Part shown: piece after piece, positions 40,701-51,552 of the stretch | Layout of the letters: the number at the start of each line of letters is the position of its first letter | How positions within the stretch are numbered: the stretch's first letter is position 1 | Position numbers and translations under genes: made by a program | Notes under the pieces: generated by a model | The model's database searches: none | What the model saw: the letters and a program-made list of their open reading frames with translations, nothing else | What the model was told of the DNA's origin: nothing | Assembly (NCBI GenBank): GCA_038087875.1 | Contig: CM075988.1 | Location: forward strand, 15,996,001-16,060,000 | Source: Malacoraja senta | Lineage: Eukaryota | DNA length: 64,000 nt | Reading direction: 5' to 3'

Positions 40701-43383
40701 GAAGAAAATGTACTAAGAAATTCACAATCCAGAAATTTCCAAAGATCCTAGTGCTTCGTATCCTTCTGATCAATAATTTTCTGTAATATTATTTTTGTAT
40801 TCTGGTTGAAAAGTTCTGTACATGGTGTTTAATAAGTGGGAGTTCATTTAACATGTTAGATACTGAAAAATGAAACGGAATGTGGGGCCTGGCTGAGTTG
40901 GAATAATCCTATAGGCCCCAGTTCATTTCCAGTCCACACTGAACCAATCCTGATGTCAACCCAGTGGCAATGAGCAGCCCAAGGATCATAAAAGTCAGTA
41001 GCCCTGGGTACTGATTATCTGTGAGTGCAGTAGTTAGGGTGCAAAGTCGTCTTTGGTATCTCAACAACTGGCCATTATTTAACTGAGATTGGGGGCAGAA
41101 CAATTATGTTTGAGTTCAGTCTCAGCCACATGCCAGCTTAATCATACTGTCACCCATAAGGTGTTATGGACTAGTGTCACAATCCAGGAGTCTAGCTGAT
41201 TTTCTTCCCCAGCAATGAGCAGCAATGAAACTAAATGTTCCATCATCTTACACATCACTGATCATTATTTAGCAGGTAAATTGATGTTAATCTCAGGATC
41301 ATTGAGCAGAAAAACCAGATTCCAGTGAAGGTTTGCTGTTGTGTAATATGGTTTCCTGGCTCCAGTTCTGCTCAATTTCCTTGGTTATTTTTCTCATCAC
41401 AAGACCAGACTTGATTATAATTTTTTTCGATCTGTGATCCTTAACTCAATGTTTCTCATAGATTTGAAGCGATTTTCTGAGGCACGGGTCCGTACTAGTA
41501 AACTTTCTACCTTTGTAAATTTTCCCCTGAAGGATCTTGACCTTCGAGAGTTCAGTTCTGACGGCAGTGGTGAGTTGCGCACAGTGTGTTAAATCATTGC
41601 TCTTTGCACTACTTTGGTGTTTGTTACTTCTTGATTCTGAATTGTCATCATGTGGCTCTATTGACATGTCACCACATGATCTAGATGTGCCACTGTAGTA
41701 TTGGACACCTCCAGTGGTTGGATAATGTCATAATCCAATTCTCAGACACTTGCATCAAGTTAGGAGTCGGCAGCATGGTGATTATTACTCTTGATTCTCT
41801 AGTATCACCAAAATTGCTGATTTTATCCTGTCCCTTTAAATGGACACATCCTATTTTGGAGTTCAGTGGATGAAAGGAGAATGAAAAGTTGCAAATAGAG
41901 GTGAAAAGGATTAAATTCAACATTCTCAATCCAATCTGTGTGGATGGAAAAAGGATAAAAATTTAATCAAGAACATGGAAGGAAAGGATTAAGCTGGCAT
42001 TGAGAGTTATATTCCCGTCAGTATTTCGTCATGGAATATTCAGATATTCTTTCTATCGTTACTAGTTAAATTGGATCAATTGCTATGGAACGGTTGGATA
42101 AAACTACTTTGTCTTTCAATCTTTCCCCTCACAGTTCATGCAGTTTACAATCTCTATGCTGTGTCCAATCACTCGGGCACCACCATGGGTGGCCACTACA
42201 CTGCTTACTGCAAGCACCCACAGTCTGGAGAATGGTACAACTTCAATGACTCCAGGTGAGTTCTGACTCCCAACATGCCAAGCACGGCTGTTCCCTTGAA
42301 CCCCATCCTCATTCCCTCTTTACTTCACCAAAACTAATGCAACCACATCCTACAAATACCAGTTCCAAAACTCCATACTTCCAGTCGGGCCTGTGATGAG
42401 AAGCCAACTGACCCGATAACAAGTGACGGGAATGAAGCAAGCAAGTGTGTTAACTAAATATTTAGTACCTCAATCACATGGACTGGTCCTGAATTTCTAG
42501 GATTTACCCTCCTAAAGAAGGACATTGGGTGAGAACATAGAGTACAGTGACATAGGGTCTGGCCTAGTATTTGGAGGACAGACACAAAAGGCTAGAGTAA
42601 CTCAGTGGCCCAGGCAGCATCTCTGGAGAAAAGGAATAGGTGAAGTTTCGGGTTGAGACCCTGGAGGCATGGACTGTTCATGAAGAGAAATTAGTTTGGA
42701 ATCGATGACAGCTAACAAATCCAAGGACAGGTCCTCCCCAGCTTTCAAAAACATGATGTGTACTGCCCAATAATATCAATTACCTTTTGGGAGATCGGTG
42801 ATTTGGCAGCTGCAGGTATCTTCTGCTATGTGGGATCGCGGTTCGCGGGGGCATTTTCAACTTGTGAACTGTTCGGCATACGAACCTGCCCTAACCAGGG
42901 GACGACCTGTAAGTAATGAAATTCAGGGAGAGAAGCTAGGTTGAAAATAGTGGATTGTTGCAAAAGCTATCTGGTTTACTAATGTCCTTCAGAGGAGGGA
43001 TCAGTCATCCTCCTGCAAATCTGGCCTTTTCATGATTAGCGACGGTAGCAGTGTTCTTGATATGTAGCTGCCTTTTGAAATAGTCAGGCAAGCCATTGGT
43101 GCATGGGCAATTGGAGATAAGCTTTGCCTGTGATGCCACATTCTATAACAAACAGATTAAAAAATAATCTGGGTAATGACATTAATGCAGGCTGAAGAGC
43201 AGCTGTCAAGCATCTTCAGTCGATATATTGTCAATAGAAGAGGAAGGAAAATAAGAGGCGTAATTCATAAATGGTCCTCTTTTTTTTTTTTACAGGGTGA
43301 CCCCAGTGTCATCGAGCCAGATAAGGACAAGTGATGCCTATGTTTTATTCTATGAACTTTCTTATCCTTCCTCTCGGATATAA
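19582..43383 (+). CDS. USP2: Ubiquitin carboxyl-terminal hydrolase 2, short-N-terminus isoform (USP2b/USP2-45-like); join(19582..19731,31462..31512,33182..33305,35816..35927,36097..36207,36984..37048,37881..37984,38597..38677,40679..40757,41462..41569,42135..42255,43296..43383), 397 aa
   Basis: Hand-spliced exons give an open 1194-nt CDS with consistent phases and GT-AG boundaries. It contains the Cys box [26 protein letters not shown], zinc-ribbon CSEC/CYRC, LVLHLKRF, the His box [15 protein letters not shown] and FNDS. The N-terminus [11 protein letters not shown]...[12 protein letters not shown] is the USP2b-type first exon. Confidence 0.96.
21386..21594. mobile_element. MITE with TIRs of about 38 bp (PIF/Harbinger-like), nested in a Penelope-derived short element
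   Basis: TIRs GGGCCTTGTCCCACTTAGGTGATTTTTTAGGCGACTGCCA and TGGCAGTCGCCTAAAAATCACCCATGTGGGCCAGACCC; flanked by TTA and TAA; splits the host motif CTGGAG-TAA-CTCAG. Confidence 0.75.
23698..23915. repeat. Palindromic pair of Penelope-derived short elements
   Basis: Inverted arms from two subfamilies. Confidence 0.75.
24495..24650. repeat. Palindromic Penelope-derived short element
   Basis: AAAATGCTGGAGAAACTCAGCGG versus CCGCTGAGTTTCTCCAGCATTTT. Confidence 0.75.
25478..25892 (+). mobile_element. CR1 LINE 3' end fragment
   Basis: [15 protein letters not shown]...[13 protein letters not shown]; (TTGTCTA)n tail. Confidence 0.88.
27104..28023. repeat. Three Penelope-derived short elements (27104-27200 +, 27746-27830 -, 27930-28023 +)
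   Basis: Family consensus matches; CTGAAGAAGGG...GAAAC cores at about 27108 and 27934. Confidence 0.75.
29053..29680 (+). repeat. Two Penelope-derived short elements (29053-29165, 29596-29680)
   Basis: CTGATGAAGGTCTCGACCCGAAACGTC at about 29056. Confidence 0.7.
29250..29560 (-). mobile_element. RTE-type LINE 3' remnant
   Basis: [16 protein letters not shown]...SKWRRS and a C-terminal CPVCGRICS motif. Confidence 0.55.
30730..30985 (+). mobile_element. CR1 LINE fragment
   Basis: [14 protein letters not shown]... and FFTQRV..IWN remnants. Confidence 0.7.
31462..31512 (+). CDS. USP2: USP2 exon [17 protein letters not shown] (first common exon of the catalytic core)
   Basis: ttttacag| acceptor, |gtaagt donor, 51 nt, phase 0-0. 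Confidence 0.96.
31770..31852 (+). mobile_element. V-SINE 5' head fragment
   Basis: GGTGGCGCAGCGGTAGAGTTGCTGCC...GGTTTGATCCTGA, matches the head at 58542. Confidence 0.7.
32283..32362 (+). repeat. Minisatellite, 20-bp unit AGGGGGGGCTGAGGTAGTGT, about 4 copies
   Basis: Three perfect units at 32301-32360 plus one variant unit. Confidence 0.95.
32628..33029 (-). repeat. Two same-orientation Penelope-derived short elements (32628-32760, 32897-33029)
   Basis: Near full-length family copies. Confidence 0.8.
33182..33305 (+). CDS. USP2: USP2 exon [13 protein letters not shown]...ALME; first codon is the catalytic Cys
   Basis: ctacag| acceptor, G|gtaagc donor, 124 nt. Confidence 0.96.
34305..34650 (-). 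mobile_element. Old V-SINE, antisense
   Basis: Diverged reverse-complement similarity to 61296-61594. Confidence 0.55.
34885..35684 (+). mobile_element. Rex1/Babar-type LINE 3' fragment
   Basis: [25 protein letters not shown]...[13 protein letters not shown]...[13 protein letters not shown]; AATAAA followed by ACTCTTG repeats. Confidence 0.85.
35816..35927 (+). CDS. USP2: USP2 exon [10 protein letters not shown]...APRFVGYN
   Basis: tttcag| acceptor, |gtaagt donor, 112 nt. Confidence 0.96.
36097..36207 (+). CDS. USP2: USP2 exon [21 protein letters not shown]...DLDHL
   Basis: actcag| acceptor, |gtaagt donor, 111 nt. Confidence 0.96.
36984..37048 (+). CDS. USP2: USP2 exon [21 protein letters not shown]
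   Basis: cttctag| acceptor, G|gtaagt donor, 65 nt. Confidence 0.95.
37110..37852 (-). mobile_element. CR1 LINE 3' fragment, antisense, in a USP2 intron
   Basis: [23 protein letters not shown] remnant plus CR1 3' region. Confidence 0.8.
37881..37984 (+). CDS. USP2: USP2 exon [35 protein letters not shown]
   Basis: ttttcag| acceptor, AAG|gtgaga donor, 104 nt. Confidence 0.96.
38597..38677 (+). CDS. USP2: USP2 exon [27 protein letters not shown]
   Basis: ttgcag| acceptor, |gtaagt donor, 81 nt. Confidence 0.96.
39249..39455. repeat. Palindromic pair of Penelope-derived short elements
   Basis: Arms about 39258-39316 and 39353-39413 are near-complementary. Confidence 0.82.
39675..39966 (-). mobile_element. 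Rex1/Babar-type LINE 3' tail, antisense
   Basis: Reverse-complement similarity to 35405-35684 (RNSYFPTAI remnant and tail). Confidence 0.7.
40679..40757 (+). CDS. USP2: USP2 exon [26 protein letters not shown]
   Basis: ttccag| acceptor; donor |GTATCCTT (U12-type), 79 nt. Confidence 0.95.
40758..41461 (+). other. U12-type (minor spliceosome) GT-AG intron of USP2, 704 nt
   Basis: 5' splice site GTATCCTTC; branch-point consensus TCCTTAAC at 41438-41445, about 16 nt before the TAG acceptor; no strong polypyrimidine tract. Confidence 0.9.
41462..41569 (+). CDS. USP2: USP2 exon [36 protein letters not shown]
   Basis: catag| acceptor, G|gtgagt donor, 108 nt. Confidence 0.96.
42135..42255 (+). CDS. 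USP2: USP2 His-box exon [40 protein letters not shown]
   Basis: cacag| acceptor, AG|gtgagt donor, 121 nt; catalytic His codon 42194-42196, Asn codon 42245-42247. Confidence 0.97.
42728..42909. mobile_element. Small pogo/Tigger-like MITE remnant
   Basis: Ends CAGGTCCTCCCC and GGGGACGACCTG|TA (11/12 inverted match). Confidence 0.55.
43296..43383 (+). CDS. USP2: USP2 last coding exon [29 protein letters not shown]
   Basis: poly-T tract then tacag| acceptor; AYVLFY terminal USP motif; TAA at 43381-43383. Confidence 0.96.
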
Positions 43384-44467
43384 CAATCTCCGGACATGAA
43401 AGAACGGGGAAAGCAAAGCAGCTTAAAACAAAAACTGTCTCACATCAATGGCAATATTCTTAAGTGATCCCTTGTGACCTTCATATCGTAAACCAACATA
43501 AAATCCATGCCTACAGCAAGGAAACGACCCCAAGGAGACCAGCTAATGTCTGAATGGATTGCACCAGGAGTGAGCGGGAGAAAGTGGTGGAGGTGTGGAT
43601 GCATGTTGGCAGAAGGTTACACAAAGGGCTGTTTTTGAAACTGAGGGATCACCAGTCCTGCAGCCGTTGACAGATTTTTCAAAGAACACACCAGCATCTG
43701 ATGCAGAGCAACCTGAGCTCGGATCAACAACCTACTGATGAAAGACCGCCCGCAGCAGCGAGCTGCTGGAGCTGCTGATTCTGCACCAGCATCTCCTCTC
43801 TGTACTGTCTTGGAGTATGTTTATTTTCAGAGGCAAAAATTTTCTTGCAAGTCTTTTGAAACATTAAAACCACAAATTGTTACAGAGCGGGATGATGACG
43901 GTTTGTTGCTATTTAAAATGCTCCGAGTTGCAAGGGAATCAGGTTCAGGAGAATATTTACATTTATTTATGTTTTTTGGTTCTGTTGCAATGACTTGCCT
44001 GTGGCACATTGGTTAGAGCCATCATCATCTGAGGGACAAGTGTTCCTTGGACCCCAGTCTGCTTTCTCAAACTGCGACTTTGTCCCCTCCAGCAGTTTCT
44101 GTCGTATATGCATTTTGACAACATGAAAATGTTCTCACACCTGATAGATTGAAATGCCTTTTTTTGATTTAAATTAGAATTAACCAACACTGAACTAACT
44201 TTGTGTGTTCCCTAGAGAGATGTGTACTATTTATGTGGACTGACAGGAGTAACATTTATTTGCCTGAATTAATCACCTCTATCTCTGAATCCAGCAGAAA
44301 ATTTTCTCTGATCCATATTTGAACTATCACAGAGTTGATTATCATTAATAAAGACCCACCTTTTTCACAACCGATAATCCTTCTTGATAACAAGCTTTGA
44401 CTTTTCAGACGAGAATCCTGAGTTTCTGATTATGAAATTGGTATCAAAACAACTACCTTATTGGGTC

Positions 44468-44672
44468 AAAAGGACATAAAGTGTTGGAGTAACTCAGCGG
44501 GTCAGGTAGCATCTCTGGAGAACGTGAATAGGTGACGTTTGGGTCGGGTTCATTCTTCAATCTGATGAAGGGTTCCGACCCGAAACGTCATCCATCCATG
44601 TTCTCCAGGGATGCTCCGGCTGAGTTACTCCAGCACTTTGCATCCGTTTGTGTGAAGCAGCATCTGCAGTTT
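44468..44672. repeat. Palindromic pair of Penelope-derived short elements in the putative USP2 3'UTR
   Basis: Inverted arms; sense-strand core CTGATGAAGGGTTCCGACCCGAAACGTC at 44562-44589. Confidence 0.82.
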
Positions 44673-46212
44673 CCACCTTATTGGGTCAATGGTTCAAGTT
44701 TTGTTAATTTCTTCCCAATCAAAAGCTTGGCAGCCTCAATATTGAATAGTATGTCTGCAGAATGCGGGCAAAGAATCTTTGTTCATCTCAAGCCCATGTT
44801 TGGTACTATGGGGAAACACTCAACCGTCAACATCTCTCATCTTTTGGCAGCCTCTTGTCTCCTGCTTCCTCATTCTTCAGCTATTCAGCTACCCTACCTC
44901 CTTCTGAAAGAATATGCGACATCACATTAAAAAAAACTAGATTGCAATTATACGGTGACCTTTCTTTCTTGCTCTTTGTTCTACACCGTTTGTTTTTACA
45001 CATCCCCCAATATGTCCGACAGGTCTAATTTCCTTAATATACAATATTCGGGAGAATGCGAGGTTGAATTAAGAATATAGCTAATCTCCACCCAATACAT
45101 CTCTAGGCCAGTACTACATTTGAACCATGCCAGGACCTCTTGGGGCTTGGCATTGTATACCTTCATGATTCCTGTTTTAACCAACTACTTGCAATAGATG
45201 TCCCATCAGCTCATTTGTTTCCTGGATTTACATGTTGCATTCTTAACAATTTTGCTTGATTTGTGGCTCTGCTTCCAGTGGCCATATGTTGATTAGATCT
45301 GGTGAGGCAAGAGGTGACATGGATTAGATTCAGATGAAATAGATGATAGAGATTGCGATATTGGAAGTGAGTTGAAGCATCTCCTTTCCCTGATATTCTG
45401 TGATCGGGATTTGTTGTTTTTGCTGCTCTCAAACTGAGGTCTGATCCGTCCCGTGGTGATTTCAGAAACCTGTTCACTGTCCAGTAACATTTGCCAGTTA
45501 TCTTGCTAGTAACACTGTTATCACACGGCATGAATGAAATAAAGAGAGAAAAAAGCAGCCATCCCTCTAGAAATTACTAGGTCTTTTTTTTAAATTGGGG
45601 AGAATGGGTTAAAAAATATCAACTACTTTCACTCCATTACCATAACTGTCTCTCGCTGCATTCGGAATGACTATCTGTGTCTTGCCGTTTTTTGCCGCTT
45701 TGTGTATGTTTACCCACCCCGTCTCCAAGTCTCTCTGATTGTTCTACAGACCCCGGATTACAATGTGCGGGTTGACTAACGTGCTATTGCTGCTTCCCTC
45801 CCCCGTGTTACCTTCTCTCCGCCCAAAACTTCAAAGCATCTCCAACTATAGTAGGAGTGGGCAAATTAAGTTCAATTTAACGTCTGCAACATCAACGCAA
45901 TGTGTTCGCCTATTACTCCCCTTCAAAACTCGTCATTCTAGAGGGCTTTTTAAAAATAAGATATCTTACTAAAGAAGACTCGAGTTTCAAACGTGTTCAT
46001 TTTTAACTCTATAAACTAATGCATGGAGACGTGATGACTGTTCTATTTTGATATGTCGTGGGTTTATGGGTTTATCTTGTTTACCGTGTAAACAAGCACT
46101 GGATTTATTTTATATTATGTACAGTGAGGAGTTGTACATAAGAAATTTTAACTATATATATAGTATCTAGAATAACAGCCGTGTGTACACATGCGCACTA
46201 TAAATATATCTA

Positions 46213-47535
46213 CAGTGCCCTCCAAAAAGTTTTGGACAATAACCCATCATTTGTTTATGTGCCTTTGTACTCCACAATTTGAGATTTGTAATATAAAAAA
46301 TCACATGTGGTTAACGTGCACATTGTCAGATTTTATTTAAGGCTATTTTTATACATTTTGGTTTCACCATGTAGAAATTACAGCTGTGTTTATACATAGC
46401 CCCCCCCCCTCAATTTCAGGGCACCATAATGTTTGGGACACATGGCTTCACAGGCGTTTGTAATTGCTCAGGTGTGTTTAATTGCCTCCTCAATGCAGGT
46501 AAAAGAGAGCTCTCAGCACCTAGTCTTTCCATCACCTTTGGAAACTTTTATTGCTGTTTATCAACATGAGGACCAAAGTTGTGCCAATCAAAGTCAAATA
46601 ATCCATTATGAGACTGAGAAACAGGAATACAACTGTCAGAGACATCAGCCAAACATTTGGCTCACCAAAATCAACTGTTTGGAACATTATTTAGAAGAAA
46701 GAGAGCACTGGTGAGCTTACTAATCGCAAATAATAGATGGCAAGAGCAAAGTATGGAGGAGAGAAGGAACTGCCCAAGATCCAAAGCATACCCTTTATCT
46801 GTGAAACACGGTGGTGGGGTGTTATGGCCTGGGCATGTATGGCTGCTGAAGGTACTGGCTCACTTATCTTCATTGATGATACAACTGCTGATGGTAGTAG
46901 CATAATGAATTCTGAAGTGTATAGACACATCCTATCAGCTCAAGTTCAAACAAATGCCTCAAAACATTGGCCGGCGGTTCATTCTACAGCAAGACAATGA
47001 TCCTTGCTAAACCAACAAAGGAGATTTTTCAAAGCTATAAAATGGTCAATTCTTGAGTAGCCAATTCAATCACCTGATCTGAATTCAATTGAGTATGCCT
47101 TTTATATGCTGAAGAGAAAACTGAAGGGGACTAGCCCCCAAAACAAGCATAAGCTAAAGATGGCTGCAATACAGGCCTGACAGAGCATCACCAGAGAAGA
47201 CACCCAGCAACTGGTGATGTCCATGAATCGCAGACTTCAAGCAGTCATTGCATGCAAAGGATATGCAACAAAATACTAAACATGACTACTTTCATTTACA
47301 TGACATTGCTGTGTCCCAAACACTATGGTGCCCTGAAATGGGGGGAATATGTATAAACACTGCTGTAATTTCTACATGGTGAAACCAAAATGTATAAAAA
47401 TGGCCTTTATTAAAATCTGACAATGTGCAATTTAACCACATGTGATTTTTTTTCTATTACAAATCTTAAATTGTGGAATACAGAGGCAAATAAATAAATG
47501 ATGGGTCTTTGTCCCAAGCATTATGGAGGGTGCTG
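46213..47535 (+). mobile_element. Second copy of the same Tc1 family, internally deleted (about 310 bp missing), non-autonomous
   Basis: TA|CAGTGCCCTCC...GGAGGGTGCTG|TA; colinear with 9509-11570 except for the segment equivalent to about 10021-10330. Confidence 0.93.
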
Positions 47536-49229
47536 TATATATAACTTGTGTCTTGAGATGACAGCCTGGTGATTGGGTGCTAAACAGTGATCTTTAACCT
47601 TGATATCATATGAAAACCTGTTTGGTGTTTGTGTACTTTAAACGAAGAATGTTCCTCTTGAAACTAGACACAATCTGGTTCCTAGAAAATGTGCTTTGAG
47701 TGACTGCGCAGGCAGCTCTGGCTGCTGTTGCCAGGTGAGGTCATGGTGCATTGAAATTGTTTCTCTGCTCTCTCTGCATTATTTATTTTGTTTAAATCTC
47801 CTAGATCTGATTCCAATCCTTCCGCCTAAGATTAATAACGTGTGAAATATATATATTGATTACTTCCTGGCTGTTTCAGTCACAATATTATAACCAGTTC
47901 CAATTTGTCCTCAACATTTCACGCCTTACGTTATCTGGAAAAGACCATTTCATGAATATGGAGATGGGCCTTGTATCCTCAATAGCCGCCTGAACCGCTG
48001 TGTTACTTCAGGACATTGTATTTTGTCCTTATGACCCGATTGAAGGACTTCTAACTGTCCCGAGCCAAAGTGGATTTAGATAGCAATAATCTGAATTTTC
48101 AGAAGGCAGATTAAGTAATCCCAGGGAAAGTTTGCAGACAGTAGGAACTGCTGTGTAAAAATTGTTTTTGTGAGCTGTTGATTGAAACTTTTCATTGTCG
48201 ATCTTAACCTTTCATGCCCAGAGAGTGTTGACATCTAAATTTAAAGGGGGATGAGAGTTTTTTTTTTAAAGGGGTATGAGAGTTTTTTAAAACCCAGAGA
48301 TTGGTAGAGATCTGGAAATTGCTGCCTAGAAAGTGATATAAAGCAGAAAAATGATAACGTTTAAAAACTCCTTGTTGTGCATTGAAGAACCGCGGCCTAC
48401 ACGTTGGGACCGGGAGCGAGAAAGTGGGATTGGGCCGATTGGGCAGGCAGGGACATTGTGGACCCAATGGCCGCCTTCTCTGTCCCAAATGTTACCAAAG
48501 TCCAATTGTCCACTCTTGTCCATACACGGAAGGACCAATTTGGCACATCCAGTAACACAAGATACAAGGCATTTGCATTGCATCAAAGTCCACAGGTCGT
48601 CCCAGGGAGGGGATGCAGGAACAAGTAGTTGGGGTTTCCATGATGGTTACTTATTTCTGCTTGACCACAGAGCACCAGGAAGCTCGTTACCTGGTTCTTA
48701 CAGTGGGAGAGAGGAAATAGCCAACATATCTTCTCGGGGCTAGGAATTGGAGCCCGGAATTGCAATGATGAAGGGGAGGTGGGAATAGCAAATGACTTGA
48801 GTGCCGTAAAATTGCTACAAGTGAATCAGCAGGTTTTTCTCATTGGTCCATACTCCTTAACCATCGGTATTAATTTCTTGTATGGTTTTCTTCTAACTGG
48901 AATGTTCTGTAAAAAAAAAAACATCGCCGAATTTGCATTTTGCTATTAAAGCAGTGCAGCGATGGTTAGTAAGTTTAATGCAGTAATTTTGAGGTCACTA
49001 AAGGGCGTGCGCATGTATTTTTTTAAGACCACTTTTGAAAATAAAACACTGAATAATAAACTGCTGGCTTTTGCTTCTATCCTGGTTCCGTTTATTTCAA
49101 AGGTGTGAGCCAGGTTTCCTAATCACTTGGTTGTGGCACCTGATCACTTGATTCACTCTATTGTTGCGGGTTCACTGTGTGTGGTCCTGTTTGTCAGTGG
49201 AAGCACTGTTAAAGGTTGATCTGTTCTTT

Positions 49230-51125
49230 AACATAGAATCGTACAGCACTGAAACAGGCCATTTGGCCCAATCCAACCGTGATGCAAACAAGTCTCGATT
49301 GTCTGTGACTGGCCCATATCCCTCTCAACCCTTCCTATCCACAAACCTGTCCAAATGTATTTTAAATGTCGTTATAGTGCCTGCCTCAACTACCTCCTCT
49401 GGCAGGACACAAAGTGCTGAAGTCAAGTTCATTCTCCTGACAACACCTTCCATATATCCATGAAAAAGTATACACAAAAAACATTGCCTCAAAATCTATG
49501 GATAGAGACAGAGAAACTCAAATCTTAAAACCGCACATGAAGATTAGTATTATTGCCGCTTCTCGAAGGACTCAAACCTATTCCAATGGATCCACAGACA
49601 CCAACCCCATTCCTGCTTTTTCCCCATATCCCTTGATTCCTTTAGCCCTAAGAGCTAAGTCTAACTCTCTTGAAAACATCCAGTGAATTGGCCTCCACTG
49701 CCTTGTGTGGCAGAGAATTCCACAGATTCATAACTCTCTGGGTGAAAACGTTTTTCCCTCATCTCAGTCCTAAATGGCCTACCCCTTATTCTTAAACTGT
49801 GACCCCTGGTTCTGGACTCCCACGCTGTCTACCTGTGTGTACCACTTTTATGGAACTATGTACCTGTATCGGGCTCTACAACACTCCCCATGGCCATTCA
49901 CTGCTCTAATTTAACTGCCCAAAATGTATTGCCCTGCACTTGTCAGAGTTAAATTCCATCTGCTATTCCAGTTGATATAGATCCTGTTGTAACCTTAGAA
50001 AACCTTCACGGTTCACCACACCACACCAAACCACCAACGTTGGTGTCATCTGCAAAATTACTAAACCTGCCATCAGCATTCCCATCCAAATGTTTTATAT
50101 ATGTATATATGTCAAATAGGTGACCCAGCCAGCACCAATCCGTGCAGCGCACCACTGGACACAGCCGTCCAATCTGAAAAACAACGCATTGACTTCTACT
50201 TGGGAAAATCTCAAGAGCACGGTTAAACATGATTTGATGCCAATTGAGAAGAGAGAAAAACTTCCAAACAGAAGTATTTTATTAGCATTAATTTATTTAC
50301 CAATTTTGTAACTATTGAATCCTCTATTCTTTAAACACAAGGTTTTCAATTGTTTCCATTTTAGCATCTGATTTAGAATAACACGGGCATAACTCGGAGA
50401 AAGGAATGTACATGTGAATGGATTTAACAATAATTAATCCTGATTATTTAGAGCACATATGAAATCTTTATTGACTAATTGGGTGCACTGGTTCCCGGGT
50501 GAGAGTGTGAACGATAGAGGTGTAAACTGAAGTGATATATGATGTTCAAACTTGGTTAACAAAAATTAAAAAATGAAAGTTTGATCAGTAAATGAAGCAT
50601 GGTGCAGGTATCCTATTAGTCCTTTGAAGTTTATAGAAAAGGAGAGAAATTAAAAATTAAAAAGTTAGGAGGGCAAAAGGAGAACATGGAATGGCTTTGG
50701 CAAGTAGGATTAAGGAAAATCCCCCAAACCCCCCCCAAAGATAGCCAGGGAGAGAGTAGGTCGCTTCATATCTCCTCTGTACGGAATCAGGTATGATCGG
50801 ATATGCTTGGGGTCCTAAATAAACACCTCCCTTTCACGTTCACCAGGAAGAAGGATGTGGAGGACAGAGCGTTGTACACTGATATTCTGCAACATGTTTC
50901 AGGAAGGAGGAAGCGTTCAAAAATAAATCCAGGACCTATCCAAGAATGTTACGGGAACAAGGCAGGAGATTGCTGGGGCTCTAACATGGATGTTTGCATC
51001 TTCATTTATCTTGGCTAATGCACCGGAAGACTGTAGGACAACACATGTTGTTTCCTTATTCAAAAAAAAGCAGTGGGGATAAATTAGAGAGCTACAGGCC
51101 CGTCAGCTGTACATCTATAGTAGGA
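49230..51125. mobile_element. Cluster of CR1 fragments (minus strand 49230-50170; plus strand about 50640-51125)
   Basis: SNFADDT remnant on the minus strand, CR1 tail at 49600-49820, and YRPVSLTS-like remnant near 51090. Confidence 0.65.
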
Positions 51126-51552
51126 TACATTATTGGAAAAAAGAAGCCGGCTCCTGGCAACGGCGGTCGGTGAATGTACCGCCCTCAGCCGCTGCTTCTT
51201 GGCTCCAAGCTGGTGGACCCCACTTTTCATTGTTCCTCTTGCCCGTCCATCTCCTCGCCAAGGAGAGGGGCTGTGGACGGCGGCTTCATGAAGCTTTGTC
51301 GCGTTAAACCAGTGGGGATGACATGGAGAGGGTTTTGCTCCCAGATTCAAATAAACGTACGAAGAATGAATGAATAAAATTGAGAAACAGTTTTATATAG
51401 AAGATTGATAGACACTAAAAGCTGGAGTAACTCAGCCGAGCCGGGCAGCATCTCTGGAGATAAGGAATAGGTGACGTTTCGGGTGGAGACCCTTTTTGAT
51501 GTTTCTTCCGTTTAGTACAATTGACCCCTGTGTACTTCCCCTCCCACAACGC

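Larger units (their letters stand above)
43384..49075 (+). other. Putative long USP2 3'UTR with alternative poly(A) signals (AATAAA at 44347, 45538, 49040 and 49055)
   Basis: AU-rich unique sequence after the stop codon; tandem AATAAA at 49040/49055 followed by T/G-rich sequence. The actual 3' end is inferred only. Confidence 0.45.

Noticed and set aside
48854-48861. Second TCCTTAAC U12 branch-like octamer
   Set aside because: No matching U12 donor or downstream exon seen; lies in the putative 3'UTR
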